Assembly (NCBI GenBank): GCA_024704765.1 | Contig: JAKMXF010000302.1 | Coordinates: forward strand, 1 to 64,000 | DNA length: 64,000 bases | Reading direction: 5' to 3' | DNA from: Oopsacas minuta | Lineage: Eukaryota; Animalia; Porifera | Shown: piece after piece, positions 1-11,099 of the stretch | How the letters are laid out: every line of letters starts with the position of its first letter | Position numbering within the stretch: the stretch's first letter is position 1 | Program-made: the position numbers and the translations under genes | Notes under the pieces: model-generated | What the model saw: only the letters and a program-made list of their open reading frames with translations | Told to the model about the DNA's origin: nothing | Database searches by the model: none

Positions 1-647
1 ATCAAAGTCTCGCTCGTCCATATTTGAAACACTTTCGTGTATCTCATACTTCGACGCATTAACACACATCATCGATTGTCTAGTTATCTAGAATACTGGG
101 AAGACATTCTCGCTCCTTTCCTTGTTTTCCAAAAAATTCCAGACTCCTCAGATTCCCAGAATGACTTAAAACAGACTTAACTTCCTCCGAGATTGTTCAG
201 TTCTTAACTAATCCAGTCTAAACTTCCATCAGATACTTAACTACCACCGTCGATTCACATAGCCGTCCGTATTCTGATACACTTGAAATCTTCATTCTTC
301 CCGTCCCACCGTTCACGTAAGGCACTAGTCCAGCAAAAACGACACTTGCCCAGAAGCTAGTCAACTTCCTTAACTCCACTCAGTTCTCCATTTCAGTCAC
401 TTCCCAGCTACATATCCGTGTGGTTAAAGGAACTTCAGCTGCCTTCCGCCCTGGTCTTTAGCTACTTCAGGGTAGTATAACAGCCACAGCTACTACTGAC
501 AAGGAATACGAACTGCTATCCAATTTGTCAACTGAAGTGCTCATATTCTTGGCTAGAGCCAATCTAATTAAAGACCGGCCAGTAACACTACTGACAATCT
601 TCTCACTAACGTATCGTAACGTAAGTGGAGGTCCACAGACATCGTAG
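1..647 (+). pseudogene. Possible decayed coding sequence of unknown family (3' part, runs off the window start)
   Basis: GC is higher than in neighbouring intergenic DNA. + frame 3 reads as protein-like (...KTTLAQKLVNFLNSTQF...DKEYELLSNLSTEVLIFLARANLIKDRP...) but is broken by several TAA/TAG stops. The minus-strand ORF 467..664 looks like its antisense shadow. No family recognised. Confidence 0.25.
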
Positions 648-768
648 GTGGTGCAGATCCTCACAATTGTATAACTATTCTATAAAATAATGAGTTTTTC
701 CTGTAAATATGAGCTATGTTCCATAACAATATTAATCCAAACAAGAATATTATTACAATTTTATTGAT

Positions 769-2753
769 TCATAAAGTAGATCCATAAAATAATGCAGCCA
801 TATCCCTCTTATAATCATTCTGATTTAGTGTATCTTTGATCTTTGAAGGTCCTTTGTGACCTTGAGGAATTCTTGGTTTCCCTAGCTTAGTTTTGCCTCC
901 ACAATTTTTCTCAGATAAGAGCACTTTCACAGAGAAAAGTTGTTTAGTTTCAGTTTCAATACTCGCATGAATTCCGACACTTTTCGTATTATCTTTCTTG
1001 CTTGTTTCTAGCATATTTTCTTTACAATACGTGCACTGTATTTCTCCAGACAATCCTTTCTCCCAATATATCACCTTTCCATTGTTCTTGGCAATTTCTA
1101 ATGGTGTCAAGTATTGTAGATTACGCGCAGTCATATCACCGCCATGCTGCATTATGCAATAGAGACATTCGCTGCTACCCTTAAAAGCAGCCAAATGAGC
1201 CAAAGTATTCTGGTTAGCATCTCGAATATTAGAATTTCCTATGCGTTCTAGAATCCAATGTAAACACTGAACACTAGCATTAAGTGCAGCTATGTGAGCA
1301 ACATTTCTCCCCCGTTTGTCTCTGTCTGATATTTTCGAGCCATGCTTAGTGAAAAACTTCAAACATTCTAACTACAAAAATCTCAAATTACAGTCTGTGC
1401 TCACTTAATATTCATCAAAAGAATTTCTATGGATTGAAACTATATAATTATTCTACTAAATATCCACTTTAGCAAAAAAATTTCAAAATCTAAATAAATA
1501 ATCGTGTTATATAGTTGAGAATGTCATAATAGAATTCTATTTTTAAAACTGAGCCACTATACTATGTAATAGTATAGTCGGCACAGTGAATACCAAAAAA
1601 GTAAATATTATTGTAATTCACATCCACTTATTTGTAAAAGTACTTAAATTAGAATAATAAAATTACTTGATTGGTTGCAGCTGCCTGGTGTATTGGCTCC
1701 CAGCCGATAGAATCGACTGACAAGAGATCAATTCCATGTGTAGACATAAATTTCAGACAATCTAGACTCCCAGATTCAGCTGCATAATGCGCAGGAAGTC
1801 TGCCTTGATAATCCTCACCGTCTATATCAAATCCACACTCAGACAATGCCTCCAGAGTTTCAAGGTGGCCTCTACTAGCTGCTAGATGGGAAGGTAATCG
1901 CCCGCATGTATCTTCAAGGGATGTATCACATTCTAGAAATGTAGTCAGTGTAATGGAGAGTTCCAGAAAACTATTTATCTTCAAGAAAATATAGAATTGT
2001 GTATTATATAGGTATACCCATTTCGACAAGTTGAAATAAACAACGCGTCTCTCCATGCAATGCCGCCAGGTGAGTAGCTGTATATCCATACTTGTCCTTT
2101 GCATTCAATTCCACAGATTCCTTCTCAACGAGAAGTGAGAAGAGTTGATGATGTCCAGCTATAGTAGCTTCATGCAAAGGTGTACGTAGTTGCTTCGAGG
2201 GAGCATCTGGACGCCAGCCAACGTGAAGGAGAACCTCAACAATTGATTTATTTCCTTGGAAAATGTAAATATTAAAATATATGCAAAGTTTCCAACCAAT
2301 ATTTCTCGATAAAGTGAACATACCAAGCATACATGCTATGTGTAATGCAGTTTTCCCTTGGTAGTACGTCATATTTCTGTCTAGTTGCACAGTAGCCAAT
2401 AACTTTTTCACCAAAAGCTCCTTGTTGCTAAGAATAGCGGCACCCAAAGGTGAGTCTTCAAACTTAGAATCTGAAACCAATTGGCAATCAATTGATTTTT
2501 GCTGTGAAATAGGATCTGAAGTCTGGCGGCTAATGTTGCTGGATGGAGGAGGAGAGGGAGCATCGAAACAGGAAGTAACAAACGTTTCACAAGCTGTGAA
2601 TTCAGATATCATAGCATTACTGGTATCATCTTCTAAACTTGTTTGACCAGAATAACAAGTCTCAGACTGTGAATCTAAAAAGAAATCACTTCCCGAATGA
2701 GTTTTGTAGTTTTCTATAGAGGAGATGGCTGAGGAATGTGATCTAGTTGCCAT
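769..2753 (-). CDS. Ankyrin-repeat protein, ~511 aa; predicted exons 2753-2324, 2254-2018, 1932-1667, 1371-769
   Basis: Three track ORFs join in frame through GT-AG introns (2323-2255, 69 nt; 2017-1933, 85 nt; 1666-1372, 295 nt). The result has about 9 ankyrin repeats (GKTALHIACMLG, RTPLHEA, GYTATHLAA, GRLPSHLAA, GRLPAHYAA, GWEPIHQAA, GRNVAHIAA, QNTLAHLAA) after a Ser-rich N-terminus. Confidence 0.85.
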
Positions 2754-3147
2754 TGTGCTGCATAGAAACGTGAATTATGATTATATAACAAACACATAAT
2801 TTAAAGTTTAGAGAACGAGTACTAGCATAAACTGGAAAAATACAAACAATATATTCTAACAATGAACGATCTTAGATTGATAATATGACAAAATCTGACA
2901 ACTAATGAAATAAGAAATTTCCTTCAGTTGAAATCAATTCAAAATGCCAATTCAAAATGTCCAATTCAATAAGACAAATTTAATATAAAAGGAAGGAATT
3001 AAATTAGTCTTTATAATACATATTAAATCAATGATGTATAGATGTATATCCATTCCAAACAATCAGGAGATAGTAGTGTGGAATTGATACCATTCATTCG
3101 GGAGTATTGGCAACTTGCGTCATAGAGTTTGAGATGAGTGAGGTGCT

Positions 3148-5154
3148 TCAAAATAATGATTCATCGAATGTATTATTTTGTGAATATAGGTTAGGATCTC
3201 TTTCATATTGTTGAAAGAACTTTTGAGCATCCTCAGGAATAGGATTATTGTTAAATTGACTACAAGCATCATGTTCAAGTAATCGATCAATAACTGAATC
3301 ATTATTATCTATTTGAAATGTTTGAGAATGACCTCTAGGATCCCGTGTATTTAACACACCATCAGACATCATCTCTGGAAAAGAGGAGAACTTGGATAGG
3401 TTCGTGTAACTGCCAGGGACAGGAGTTTTGTTACCACCAAAAAGAGTAGTTTTGAAATCGTAAGAATGTCCCTTTCGTAAAGCTCCGAATTGTAATTCGT
3501 CTTGGATACACATGTCTGGTCCGATTGGAGTCTCTCCAAAATCTAAAATTCCTTCTGGAAATCCCATCTGGGATGTTAGATTTGGTATCACATTCCCTTC
3601 AGCTACAATGGACTGCAGCAGAGGATCTGATTTATGTAAGTTTGGATTGAGCATCAATCCAGCAGGTGGATTATTTACTGCCTGTATTTGATCATACCCA
3701 AAGTAACCGCCTGTCGAGCCTGCAGTTGTTGAATGAAGATCCAGTCCTCTGAATTGTTGGCTCTGAGAAAAGTCACGACTGTGGGGATGAGATGGCATGG
3801 AGCGAGAAGAAGTTGGACGTTCATACATGGTATCTCTATTGTATAGATCCATCACTGGCTCGGAAATTACGGATTCTTCGACTGTACATGTTGGCAAGTC
3901 TAACTGGAAATTTTCAGGAAATACAGCAACCCTATTCTGAACTTGATCAGAACGTTGCATGACTGAGTAAGCATCAGTGTGTATAGACGGATTTTGGGGA
4001 AATGCATACGAGAGAGGATGAGACTCGGGTATTGAGAGAGAAGAGTTGAACATTTTTTTGCTACCAGAGTTAAAATGGGGCTCCGATTGGAAATGTAAGT
4101 AAGCATCGTCAAAGTAGCCAAACTGATTCGCTTGTGTCAGAATGCGATTGTGCGGTTGTTGTTGTTGGAAAAGAGGAGGTACTTCAGGAGAAAACTGTGT
4201 AGACGTGGGAGCGTGCTGTTGAGGAGTTAGCGTCCTTGAATTCAGCATATGTTCGTTAGGAGCGTAGTTAGTTACATTAGAAAACTCGTCGCAATCTAAC
4301 GGATTGTCTAATCCCGAGTGGAAGGTTATATCAGTGAGGTCTGGTAGAGAGGTTACTCTGGGGTTTATGTTCATATAATGTTGTGTTGAAGTGGGCGGAA
4401 GGAGTACGGGTCCTTCTTCCGAAGAGTTATGTGAACGTTTCCTTAGCCCTGAAATTGGTTTCCTAGCTGGCCCATGTCCACCCATAGTATGTCTGTGCTT
4501 AGCAGCGCTCCAGTAGTGGGGTACATGCTGTGGTAACGGCAATAGTGAATGCTCAGGAGTTGGTGTACTGATGAAATCAGTCGTCGGAACTACGATAGGT
4601 GATTCAATATTTAGAGCTTCGAGGGAATTTCGGAGATCGGAGTCAGACTTGACTCTGGTAATGAGATTAGAAGGTACTCCAATCTCGGGGAATTGAGGAG
4701 GGTGACTAGCAACCATGGGCTGATAAATTACAGGGTAGGGTGAAGTAGAGTTCCTAATGTCATTCGAAGCATGGCCTGTTGACCTCCTACGGCCAGAGCC
4801 ACGCTTAGTATGATTATACTTTCTAGGTCCAATTTCGTCCATATCTCTTTGAATCACTTCCCATTCAAGCCTCCCCGGTCTCTGGAAGTTGCTAGTGGGA
4901 GGAGACCGAACCATAATGTTGGAGTTTTGAGGAGAAGACAAATCAACTGAACCAGAAGTAAGCAAAGGCAAATTTTCAACTAGATTTGTAAGACACATTG
5001 GGTCCTTCATTTGACCAATGTTTCGCATTGCTTCCTTAAATTGTTCATCTGTCTCCTCCTGACGCTGTTTCTGAACGGCAATTTTATCGTCGAATTTACG
5101 TAAACTATGAATCTTAGCCTTCTTTACAGGCTGCTCGTTTCCTTCCCCGGGCAT
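3148..5154 (-). CDS. CRTC: CREB-regulated transcription coactivator (TORC/CRTC), 668 aa, single exon
   Basis: N-terminal RKFDDKIAVQKQRQEETDEQFKEAM matches the TORC_N CREB-binding helix. RVKSDSDL matches the SIK/14-3-3 site (RTNSDSAL). TSLPDLTDITFHSGLDNPLD matches [21 protein letters not shown]. Acidic C-terminus. Confidence 0.85.
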   Translation of the reverse strand: MPGEGNEQPVKKAKIHSLRKFDDKIAVQKQRQEETDEQFKEAMRNIGQMKDPMCLTNLVENLPLLTSGSVDLSSPQNSNIMVRSPPTSNFQRPGRLEWEVIQRDMDEIGPRKYNHTKRGSGRRRSTGHASNDIRNSTSPYPVIYQPMVASHPPQFPEIGVPSNLITRVKSDSDLRNSLEALNIESPIVVPTTDFISTPTPEHSLLPLPQHVPHYWSAAKHRHTMGGHGPARKPISGLRKRSHNSSEEGPVLLPPTSTQHYMNINPRVTSLPDLTDITFHSGLDNPLDCDEFSNVTNYAPNEHMLNSRTLTPQQHAPTSTQFSPEVPPLFQQQQPHNRILTQANQFGYFDDAYLHFQSEPHFNSGSKKMFNSSLSIPESHPLSYAFPQNPSIHTDAYSVMQRSDQVQNRVAVFPENFQLDLPTCTVEESVISEPVMDLYNRDTMYERPTSSRSMPSHPHSRDFSQSQQFRGLDLHSTTAGSTGGYFGYDQIQAVNNPPAGLMLNPNLHKSDPLLQSIVAEGNVIPNLTSQMGFPEGILDFGETPIGPDMCIQDELQFGALRKGHSYDFKTTLFGGNKTPVPGSYTNLSKFSSFPEMMSDGVLNTRDPRGHSQTFQIDNNDSVIDRLLEHDACSQFNNNPIPEDAQKFFQQYERDPNLYSQNNTFDESLF

Positions 5155-5309
5155 GAATTTTGATATGTAGTTGTGTGTATAACAAATAAATAATCAGCTA
5201 TTGCTATTGTAATCAAAAAGAGAATACTATAAAGGAAGATGAAGAAAAAATACAAACCTTTTAATGATATTTTTCACTTTCGACAACTAATTCAATCTAA
5301 TTGTGAATT

Positions 5310-5464
5310 GTGACGTCCCATAGACATCGTAACTAATAGACATTTCACTGCTGATAACCATGGATTACTTCAAGTCTATTAAATTTGGCTGAAGTAATCC
5401 ATGCATGGTACAGGAAAATATGGTCAGTGAACAGGCTATAGTTACGTAGGCTGTGGTGACGTCC
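5310..5464. promoter_or_regulatory. Two near-consensus CRE sites (GTGACGTCC at 5310-5318 and 5456-5464) upstream of CRTC
   Basis: 7/8 match to TGACGTCA, about 156 and 302 nt upstream of the CRTC ATG. Function is inferred only. Confidence 0.35.
5312..5463. repeat. 152-bp imperfect fold-back (inverted repeat) between OLA1 and CRTC
   Basis: Perfect 14-bp stem CATGGATTACTTCA / TGAAGTAATCCATG around a 17-nt loop. The outer arms also pair (TTCACTG/CAGTGAA, CGTAACTA/TAGTTACG, GACGTC/GACGTC). Confidence 0.8.
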
Positions 5465-5734
5465 ATATTCATTTTAAGATAATATCTGTAAGTACGGAAG
5501 GAATAAAACTGCACATAGTTACATACTTACATTTAGTTGACAGACTTGATTGATATTTGAAATGATATCTCGGTATTTTACATTGAGGGTCTAAACTTAG
5601 GATAACCATGAGAAACTAAAACAGAAACATGTTTATTGTATATTTCTACGATGTAGCACTTATTTAGTTTTGTTGAATACTACTACAAAGATACAAGAAT
5701 ATGTATGCTAAATGCTAAGACAGACAGCATATCA

Positions 5735-6919
5735 CTACTTTTTTCCTTTACTTAACCCTGCTCCTGCATTAAATCTAAATAAAATAATATCCCCATCATC
5801 TACAACGTACTCTCGACCTTTTTGGAGGTATTTGCCAGCAGATTTCACTTCTGCTTCAGATCCACACTCTTTGAAATCTATATACTTCATTACTTCAGCC
5901 ATTATGAAACCCTTTTCAAAATCAGTATGGATTCTTCCGCCAGCTTGTGGCGCTTTAGTTCCTTTGTGAATCGTCCAAGCTCTGACCTCGTCAGGTCCAC
6001 AGGTAAAGAAACATTCCAGGTTCAATGCTTGAAACCCATTCTTGATAATTTTCGGAAGAGCGCTACACCCTAAAGATCCGATGCTAGCAGACTCTAACGG
6101 TTCATTCAAGAGATTTAACTCATTCTCAGCGCTAAAAGGAATCAAATGTGCTCCTGAGTCATTAATATCTATAAACTCTTTTATTGGTTGCAACCATTTA
6201 CTCTTTTTCTTGGCAAAATTCTTAGCAGACATGTTAATCAGATAGATATGGGGCTTTGAAGTAAGAAATAAATGTTTATTTAGCATTTCAATCTCAGCAT
6301 TAGACCATTTGCAGAATCTAATTGCTCTTTTTTGAGTTTCTAGGCAATCATTAACTTTTAGTAGAAGATCATACTCCGGCTTTTTCGATTTTTCCGCTCC
6401 CCTTTGAACGATCTTTTCCATCTCACATATTCGAGCGCGCAAATACTCACAATCTTTCATTCTCAACTCTTCGTGAATAATTTCCATGTCACGAATAGGA
6501 TTCACATCTCCTTCCACATGAACCACATTCTCATCTTCAAAGATCCGCAACATGTGGTAAATGGCATCGCAAGAGCTAATATGTGATAAAAACGCATTTC
6601 CTAGACCCTGACCCTCGTGAGCCCCCTTCACCAGACCAGCAATGTCAGTGACGTGTAGAAAAGAAGGCACTTTACTCTGTGGCTTATGAAAATCGCATAG
6701 GAAATCGAACCGTTGGTCAGGAAGAGAGACGCGGCTCTCGTTTGGTTCGATTGTACAAAAGGGATAATTTTCTGAAGCTACTTGAGACTTAGTAAGAAGG
6801 TTAAAAAAGGTAGATTTCCCAACATTTGGGAGGCCAACTATTCCAATTTTTAGACTTGTACCGATACGACCGAAATACACGGACCCTTCTGGTACTTGAG
6901 GCTTCTTCTTCGGAGGCAT
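5735..6919 (-). CDS. OLA1: Obg-like ATPase 1 (YchF/OLA1), 394 aa
   Basis: [15 protein letters not shown]-loop, [20 protein letters not shown]-terminal TGS domain ([30 protein letters not shown]). Confidence 0.97.
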   Translation of the reverse strand: MPPKKKPQVPEGSVYFGRIGTSLKIGIVGLPNVGKSTFFNLLTKSQVASENYPFCTIEPNESRVSLPDQRFDFLCDFHKPQSKVPSFLHVTDIAGLVKGAHEGQGLGNAFLSHISSCDAIYHMLRIFEDENVVHVEGDVNPIRDMEIIHEELRMKDCEYLRARICEMEKIVQRGAEKSKKPEYDLLLKVNDCLETQKRAIRFCKWSNAEIEMLNKHLFLTSKPHIYLINMSAKNFAKKKSKWLQPIKEFIDINDSGAHLIPFSAENELNLLNEPLESASIGSLGCSALPKIIKNGFQALNLECFFTCGPDEVRAWTIHKGTKAPQAGGRIHTDFEKGFIMAEVMKYIDFKECGSEAEVKSAGKYLQKGREYVVDDGDIILFRFNAGAGLSKGKK

Positions 6920-7136
6920 TCAACTAATAAAAATGAAAAATACATAGGAACCACCTGTCATTATCAGCCAGAAGTGGTCGACATTTACAGGTGGATATAA
7001 CAAGTTGATTATCAAGGAAATTAAGAGACAGAATAGTATTCATGTGGCTGCTACATTACGTAACGTGATTGCTATCTCTAAATAAAATTATAAACTTGAA
7101 ATAAAATGATTGGGCGCCCTTATGAAATCAAACAAG

Positions 7137-8315
7137 TTAATGAGTCTTCTTCAAAGAATAACATTTCTTCCTATTTACATCAAGAGAAGATCTGGTACAG
7201 TGCAGGAGAATAGAACTAACAGAAGTTTTGGCTGTTTCTAAAGTAATCAAAAAGGGTCTAATCTCATCTTCTGTCCACTTGTCTTTCTCCCGGAAAAGTT
7301 GGGCCAATCGCTCATAAGGTTGAGAGTTCAGTCGTTCTTCAGGGAAGTACCATATGGAAGGAGGAGAGCTGGACATATCCGCAATGGAAATGGCCAGCAA
7401 TTGAGTTGAATTTGTTTGCATACCTAAAGGGACAGATTGTTGCCAAATTTCCAAGAACTCAGAATATGCAAATTTTCGTACTGGTTTAAGCAAACACTCA
7501 GCATGAAACATACAAACTAATTCTTCGTCTAGTGACATCCTCTGATCATCAATGTGCCTGCCGTATATGCAAAGAACATGCTCTAATATAAATTTAGGAA
7601 AGAGCGGAGAAAGCATTTCTAAACAAATTTTCCATGGAAATCCCCGCCAATCCCATTCGTTTTCCTCTATCAGATTCAAAATCTGAAAAATTATCGAATC
7701 TCGAAAAGAATATTCTAATACTCGCCAATGAGTGTCAATCTCTAAAGCTTGTATCTTCTTCAAATAGATCAGTAATTCTCCCTCACTAGCCTGGCTCTCC
7801 TTCAATAATTCAGAAAATGTATAGCAATCCTCTAGTGTACTCTCTTGTTCAATACATTCAAAGGGATGCTTATTGAGCAGAGCATGTGTTCGCTCATACT
7901 TTGGACGAAACTCTTTCATTTCGAATGTTTCATGAAAAGAACTTATAACCTTAGCATGTAGCAATTCTTCTCGTCCAGAGTATGTAAGTTGATCAATATC
8001 GGCCATTATGTTGGGAGACAATAGTAAAAGGTTAGAAGTGTCAGCTTGTTGAATTTCATAACTCTCACTGCTAGTGCACAAAACTAAACTATCGTTGGGT
8101 CTCCCACGGAATACGATGGATTCGCCCAACTCCAGAGCAGAAACAACAGTTTGAGGAAGTTCGATAAGTTTCAAATCAGAAAAATTCAAATTCTCACTGA
8201 AAGTTAGTATTTGAACTGGGACGATATTGTCTGTAATGCTAGCAGCATTCGAAAACAATTCTACTTCTTCCTGCGTCGCGAATTTAACAACACTAGCGTT
8301 TATGTTGTCTGTCAT
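7137..8315 (-). CDS. DSCC1: Sister chromatid cohesion protein DCC1, 392 aa
   Basis: VFRGRPNDSLVLCTSSESYEIQQADTSNLLLL N-terminal motif; QASEGEL; C-terminal ERLAQLFREKDKWTEDEIRPFL winged helix. Confidence 0.92.
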   Translation of the reverse strand: MTDNINASVVKFATQEEVELFSNAASITDNIVPVQILTFSENLNFSDLKLIELPQTVVSALELGESIVFRGRPNDSLVLCTSSESYEIQQADTSNLLLLSPNIMADIDQLTYSGREELLHAKVISSFHETFEMKEFRPKYERTHALLNKHPFECIEQESTLEDCYTFSELLKESQASEGELLIYLKKIQALEIDTHWRVLEYSFRDSIIFQILNLIEENEWDWRGFPWKICLEMLSPLFPKFILEHVLCIYGRHIDDQRMSLDEELVCMFHAECLLKPVRKFAYSEFLEIWQQSVPLGMQTNSTQLLAISIADMSSSPPSIWYFPEERLNSQPYERLAQLFREKDKWTEDEIRPFLITLETAKTSVSSILLHCTRSSLDVNRKKCYSLKKTH

Positions 8316-9158
8316 TCGTATCCTAATTCAGGTAGCGATTCATATGAAAAAATACATAAATTTGTAATGCTTGATTGCTCTGAATCTTAACGATAACTGC
8401 AAAATAAATACCATGTCTATTCGATAAACATAGTATTCAAAATTCAAACACAAATATTCCCCTATGTATAGTAGTACATATTGAATCCTGATACTCTCAT
8501 CTTAGATAAGAGAGAGAGATCAGAAATGACTGGTTTGGTGGAGGTATGGGTAAGCGCCGGGGAGGAATGTTAGTGTGAAGTAAGACTGACAGAAAGGGAA
8601 AGTAGCGAGTATTAGCTGAATACTTGTGGCGTGATAGAGTGTGGGAATGGCGTGAGGAAGGTTCGCTAGAGTTAAGCGAGTTTGTCTTTTGGTTTGTACC
8701 CTAATTGTATAGAGTAAATAACAAGAATATATAAGTACATACAAGTTTGAGTACGAATTAGTAATGAATATACACGGACGCGTGACTTAAGCTAGCAATA
8801 ATTGAAAATGCCAAATGTAACTTGATTATATCCGACTGTGATCATCCATTGGGTACTTAAAATACTAATAAAGTAATGCTACCCTGGTCGGTAAGTGGGT
8901 AATATATGTATGTATACATTAGCCCAAGATGGTTAAATAGCAGCCCAAATCCAAAATAAGAGACTATAATTTAGAAAGAGGAGTACTATAAGCAACAACG
9001 AGATTATCTAGTAACTCGCTGACAAGTCTGTCCGTACTGATAAGATGAGAGATGAATAGGGGCAGTAGTTAAGGACTATATTACCTATAGTAGAGTGAAG
9101 TAGAACTAAATTAGCAACACTTACGAGAGGCTGACTCTAGACAAATGTAGGAATCCAA

Positions 9159-10574
9159 TTACTGAGTCTCGTCAGAAAGCGAGTCTTCCTTCTCTAACTC
9201 TCCTCCCTTCGCTACTTCCAGCTCTTCTGCTCCATTCTCATTGAGTCCCTCAGTGAAAGAATAGGAACTGTCCTTCGTCTCTTGATTGTGCTCTGGGGAG
9301 GAAGAGTTGGAGTTTCCTAATGGGCTACCTGAAGGAGAGCTTGAAGGAGTTGACTTTCTGGACTCTGACGAATCCTGAGGTGAGCTAGCACGTGACTCAG
9401 ATTTAGAATGAACTTGTCTTTCAGGCGATACCTCAGGAGAAACCCCGGGCGTTCGTTCTTCAGACATTTCTGGTGCAAACTGAGAATTTGGCACTGGGCT
9501 AGCCGATTCCTTCATGGAACGATCACTCGATTTGCTTGGTGATCGTTCAATAGAGTTTTCCCGTGATGAATCTTCTACAGATCCCTTAGAATCCTCCCTT
9601 ACCCGCTCATGCCTACTCTTTCGATGCACTTTCAGATCGTCAGCACTTGACAATGAGTCGCTCCTGTTTCGCTTGCAATCTTTGCGCGGTTTCTTACATC
9701 TGGGACTGTCGTCTTGATCTCTACTGTCTAAAGAATTCTCCCTAGAGAGATCCAGAGAATCCCTACCCCTCCGAGATCCAGACTGACTAGAACGATTCCT
9801 TTTCTTAGCCTCTGACTTGTCACGATTCCGACTGTCGTCCCTTTCCCTAGAGCGAGATCGTTTGCTGCGATGAGGTGAACGAGACTTTGAACGGCTGTGA
9901 GAGCGGCGTTCACGACTTCGAGTTCTGCTGCGAGATCTACTTAGACTCTTCCTGGATTTACGACAAACGCGCACGCGGATATAAGAGCTTTCGCCCTGGT
10001 GGGAACGAAATTTTTTATCGTCAAAATGTTTCACTGCATAGTCCATGGCTTTTCGAGAAGAAAACTCTAGTACACCGGTTCCATCGGAGCTAACGTCTGT
10101 GTATGCAATCTCACCTGCTTCCCTAAAATGATCCTTGAGATCTTGCCAGCTCGCAGACCTAGGAAGACCTGAAACAGTTACACGGAACTCACCTCTCCTT
10201 GAAGAGCTTCTAAGTCTCCTACGAGGAGGGGGTAGCTGCCTTGAGCTGCGGGGAGGATATCCCCAGGGGTCACCCAATCGGTCGTAAGGGTCTCTGTCTC
10301 GCGAAGGTCGTGAGAGGTATTTTGGTGTGCGAGGTGCTTCCACTCTTAATCGATATCCCTCGAAATCATAACCGTTACGGTAATGCACCGCATCTTCTGC
10401 CCCCCTCTCATCGTCAAATTCTACGAAGGCAAATGGGGGACCTCTGGAACGATCGTGGAGATCGACGTTGCGGATACGTCCAAATTTCCAGAAAACTTCT
10501 TCTATGTCCCTTGGCCGGATGTAGTCAGGGAGATTTCCCACGTATATTTTGCAATTTTGAGCACTGCTGTACAT
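9159..10574 (-). CDS. SRSF1: Serine/arginine-rich splicing factor, SRSF1/9 type, with long Ser/acidic tail (471 aa)
   Basis: RRM1 (IYVGNLP, PPFAFVEF), pseudo-RRM2 with the SWQDLKD signature, followed by an RS domain. Confidence 0.88.
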   Translation of the reverse strand: MYSSAQNCKIYVGNLPDYIRPRDIEEVFWKFGRIRNVDLHDRSRGPPFAFVEFDDERGAEDAVHYRNGYDFEGYRLRVEAPRTPKYLSRPSRDRDPYDRLGDPWGYPPRSSRQLPPPRRRLRSSSRRGEFRVTVSGLPRSASWQDLKDHFREAGEIAYTDVSSDGTGVLEFSSRKAMDYAVKHFDDKKFRSHQGESSYIRVRVCRKSRKSLSRSRSRTRSRERRSHSRSKSRSPHRSKRSRSRERDDSRNRDKSEAKKRNRSSQSGSRRGRDSLDLSRENSLDSRDQDDSPRCKKPRKDCKRNRSDSLSSADDLKVHRKSRHERVREDSKGSVEDSSRENSIERSPSKSSDRSMKESASPVPNSQFAPEMSEERTPGVSPEVSPERQVHSKSESRASSPQDSSESRKSTPSSSPSGSPLGNSNSSSPEHNQETKDSSYSFTEGLNENGAEELEVAKGGELEKEDSLSDETQ

Positions 10575-11099
10575 TGCCAGAAATCTAATTATTACAGTAA
10601 CAAGTGCATATTAATAAATTAACTACGTCATTATCGTAAAGCTAACCGTATTCTGAGTATCCCTAAAATATGTACAACATGATCTTAGATGGTGTGCCAA
10701 TATGCGAAGAATAACAAATGTAGAGAATTGGTGGGTCTCCTGGATTATGCATGATAAGATAAACAAATTATGCGTTCAATGAGTTAAATGCCATATGTTT
10801 AACGTGCCACATTTTTGAATATTCTGTATTTTTAGAATGTTTAGAATTATACCAATTTAATTAATTCTATTTTAAAATCCACCAAATGAAACTAATAATA
10901 GAATAACTTATAGAGCTGTATTACATCTAGGGTTATTGAAACTATAATTAGCTGTGATCGAATTCTTACCTGTAAAGTATAAAAGAGATTCCTTACAGAT
11001 TGTAATAGTATAAGAAGACTTAGACCTGATAGACTAGCATAATCCCTAGCATAGAATAGTCCTATCTTTATTTTAGCTTTCAATCCAATCTCAAACAAA

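Noticed and set aside
321-360. GTSPAKTTLAQKL as a P-loop
   Set aside because: It lacks the GxxxxGK[ST] glycines and sits between stop codons.
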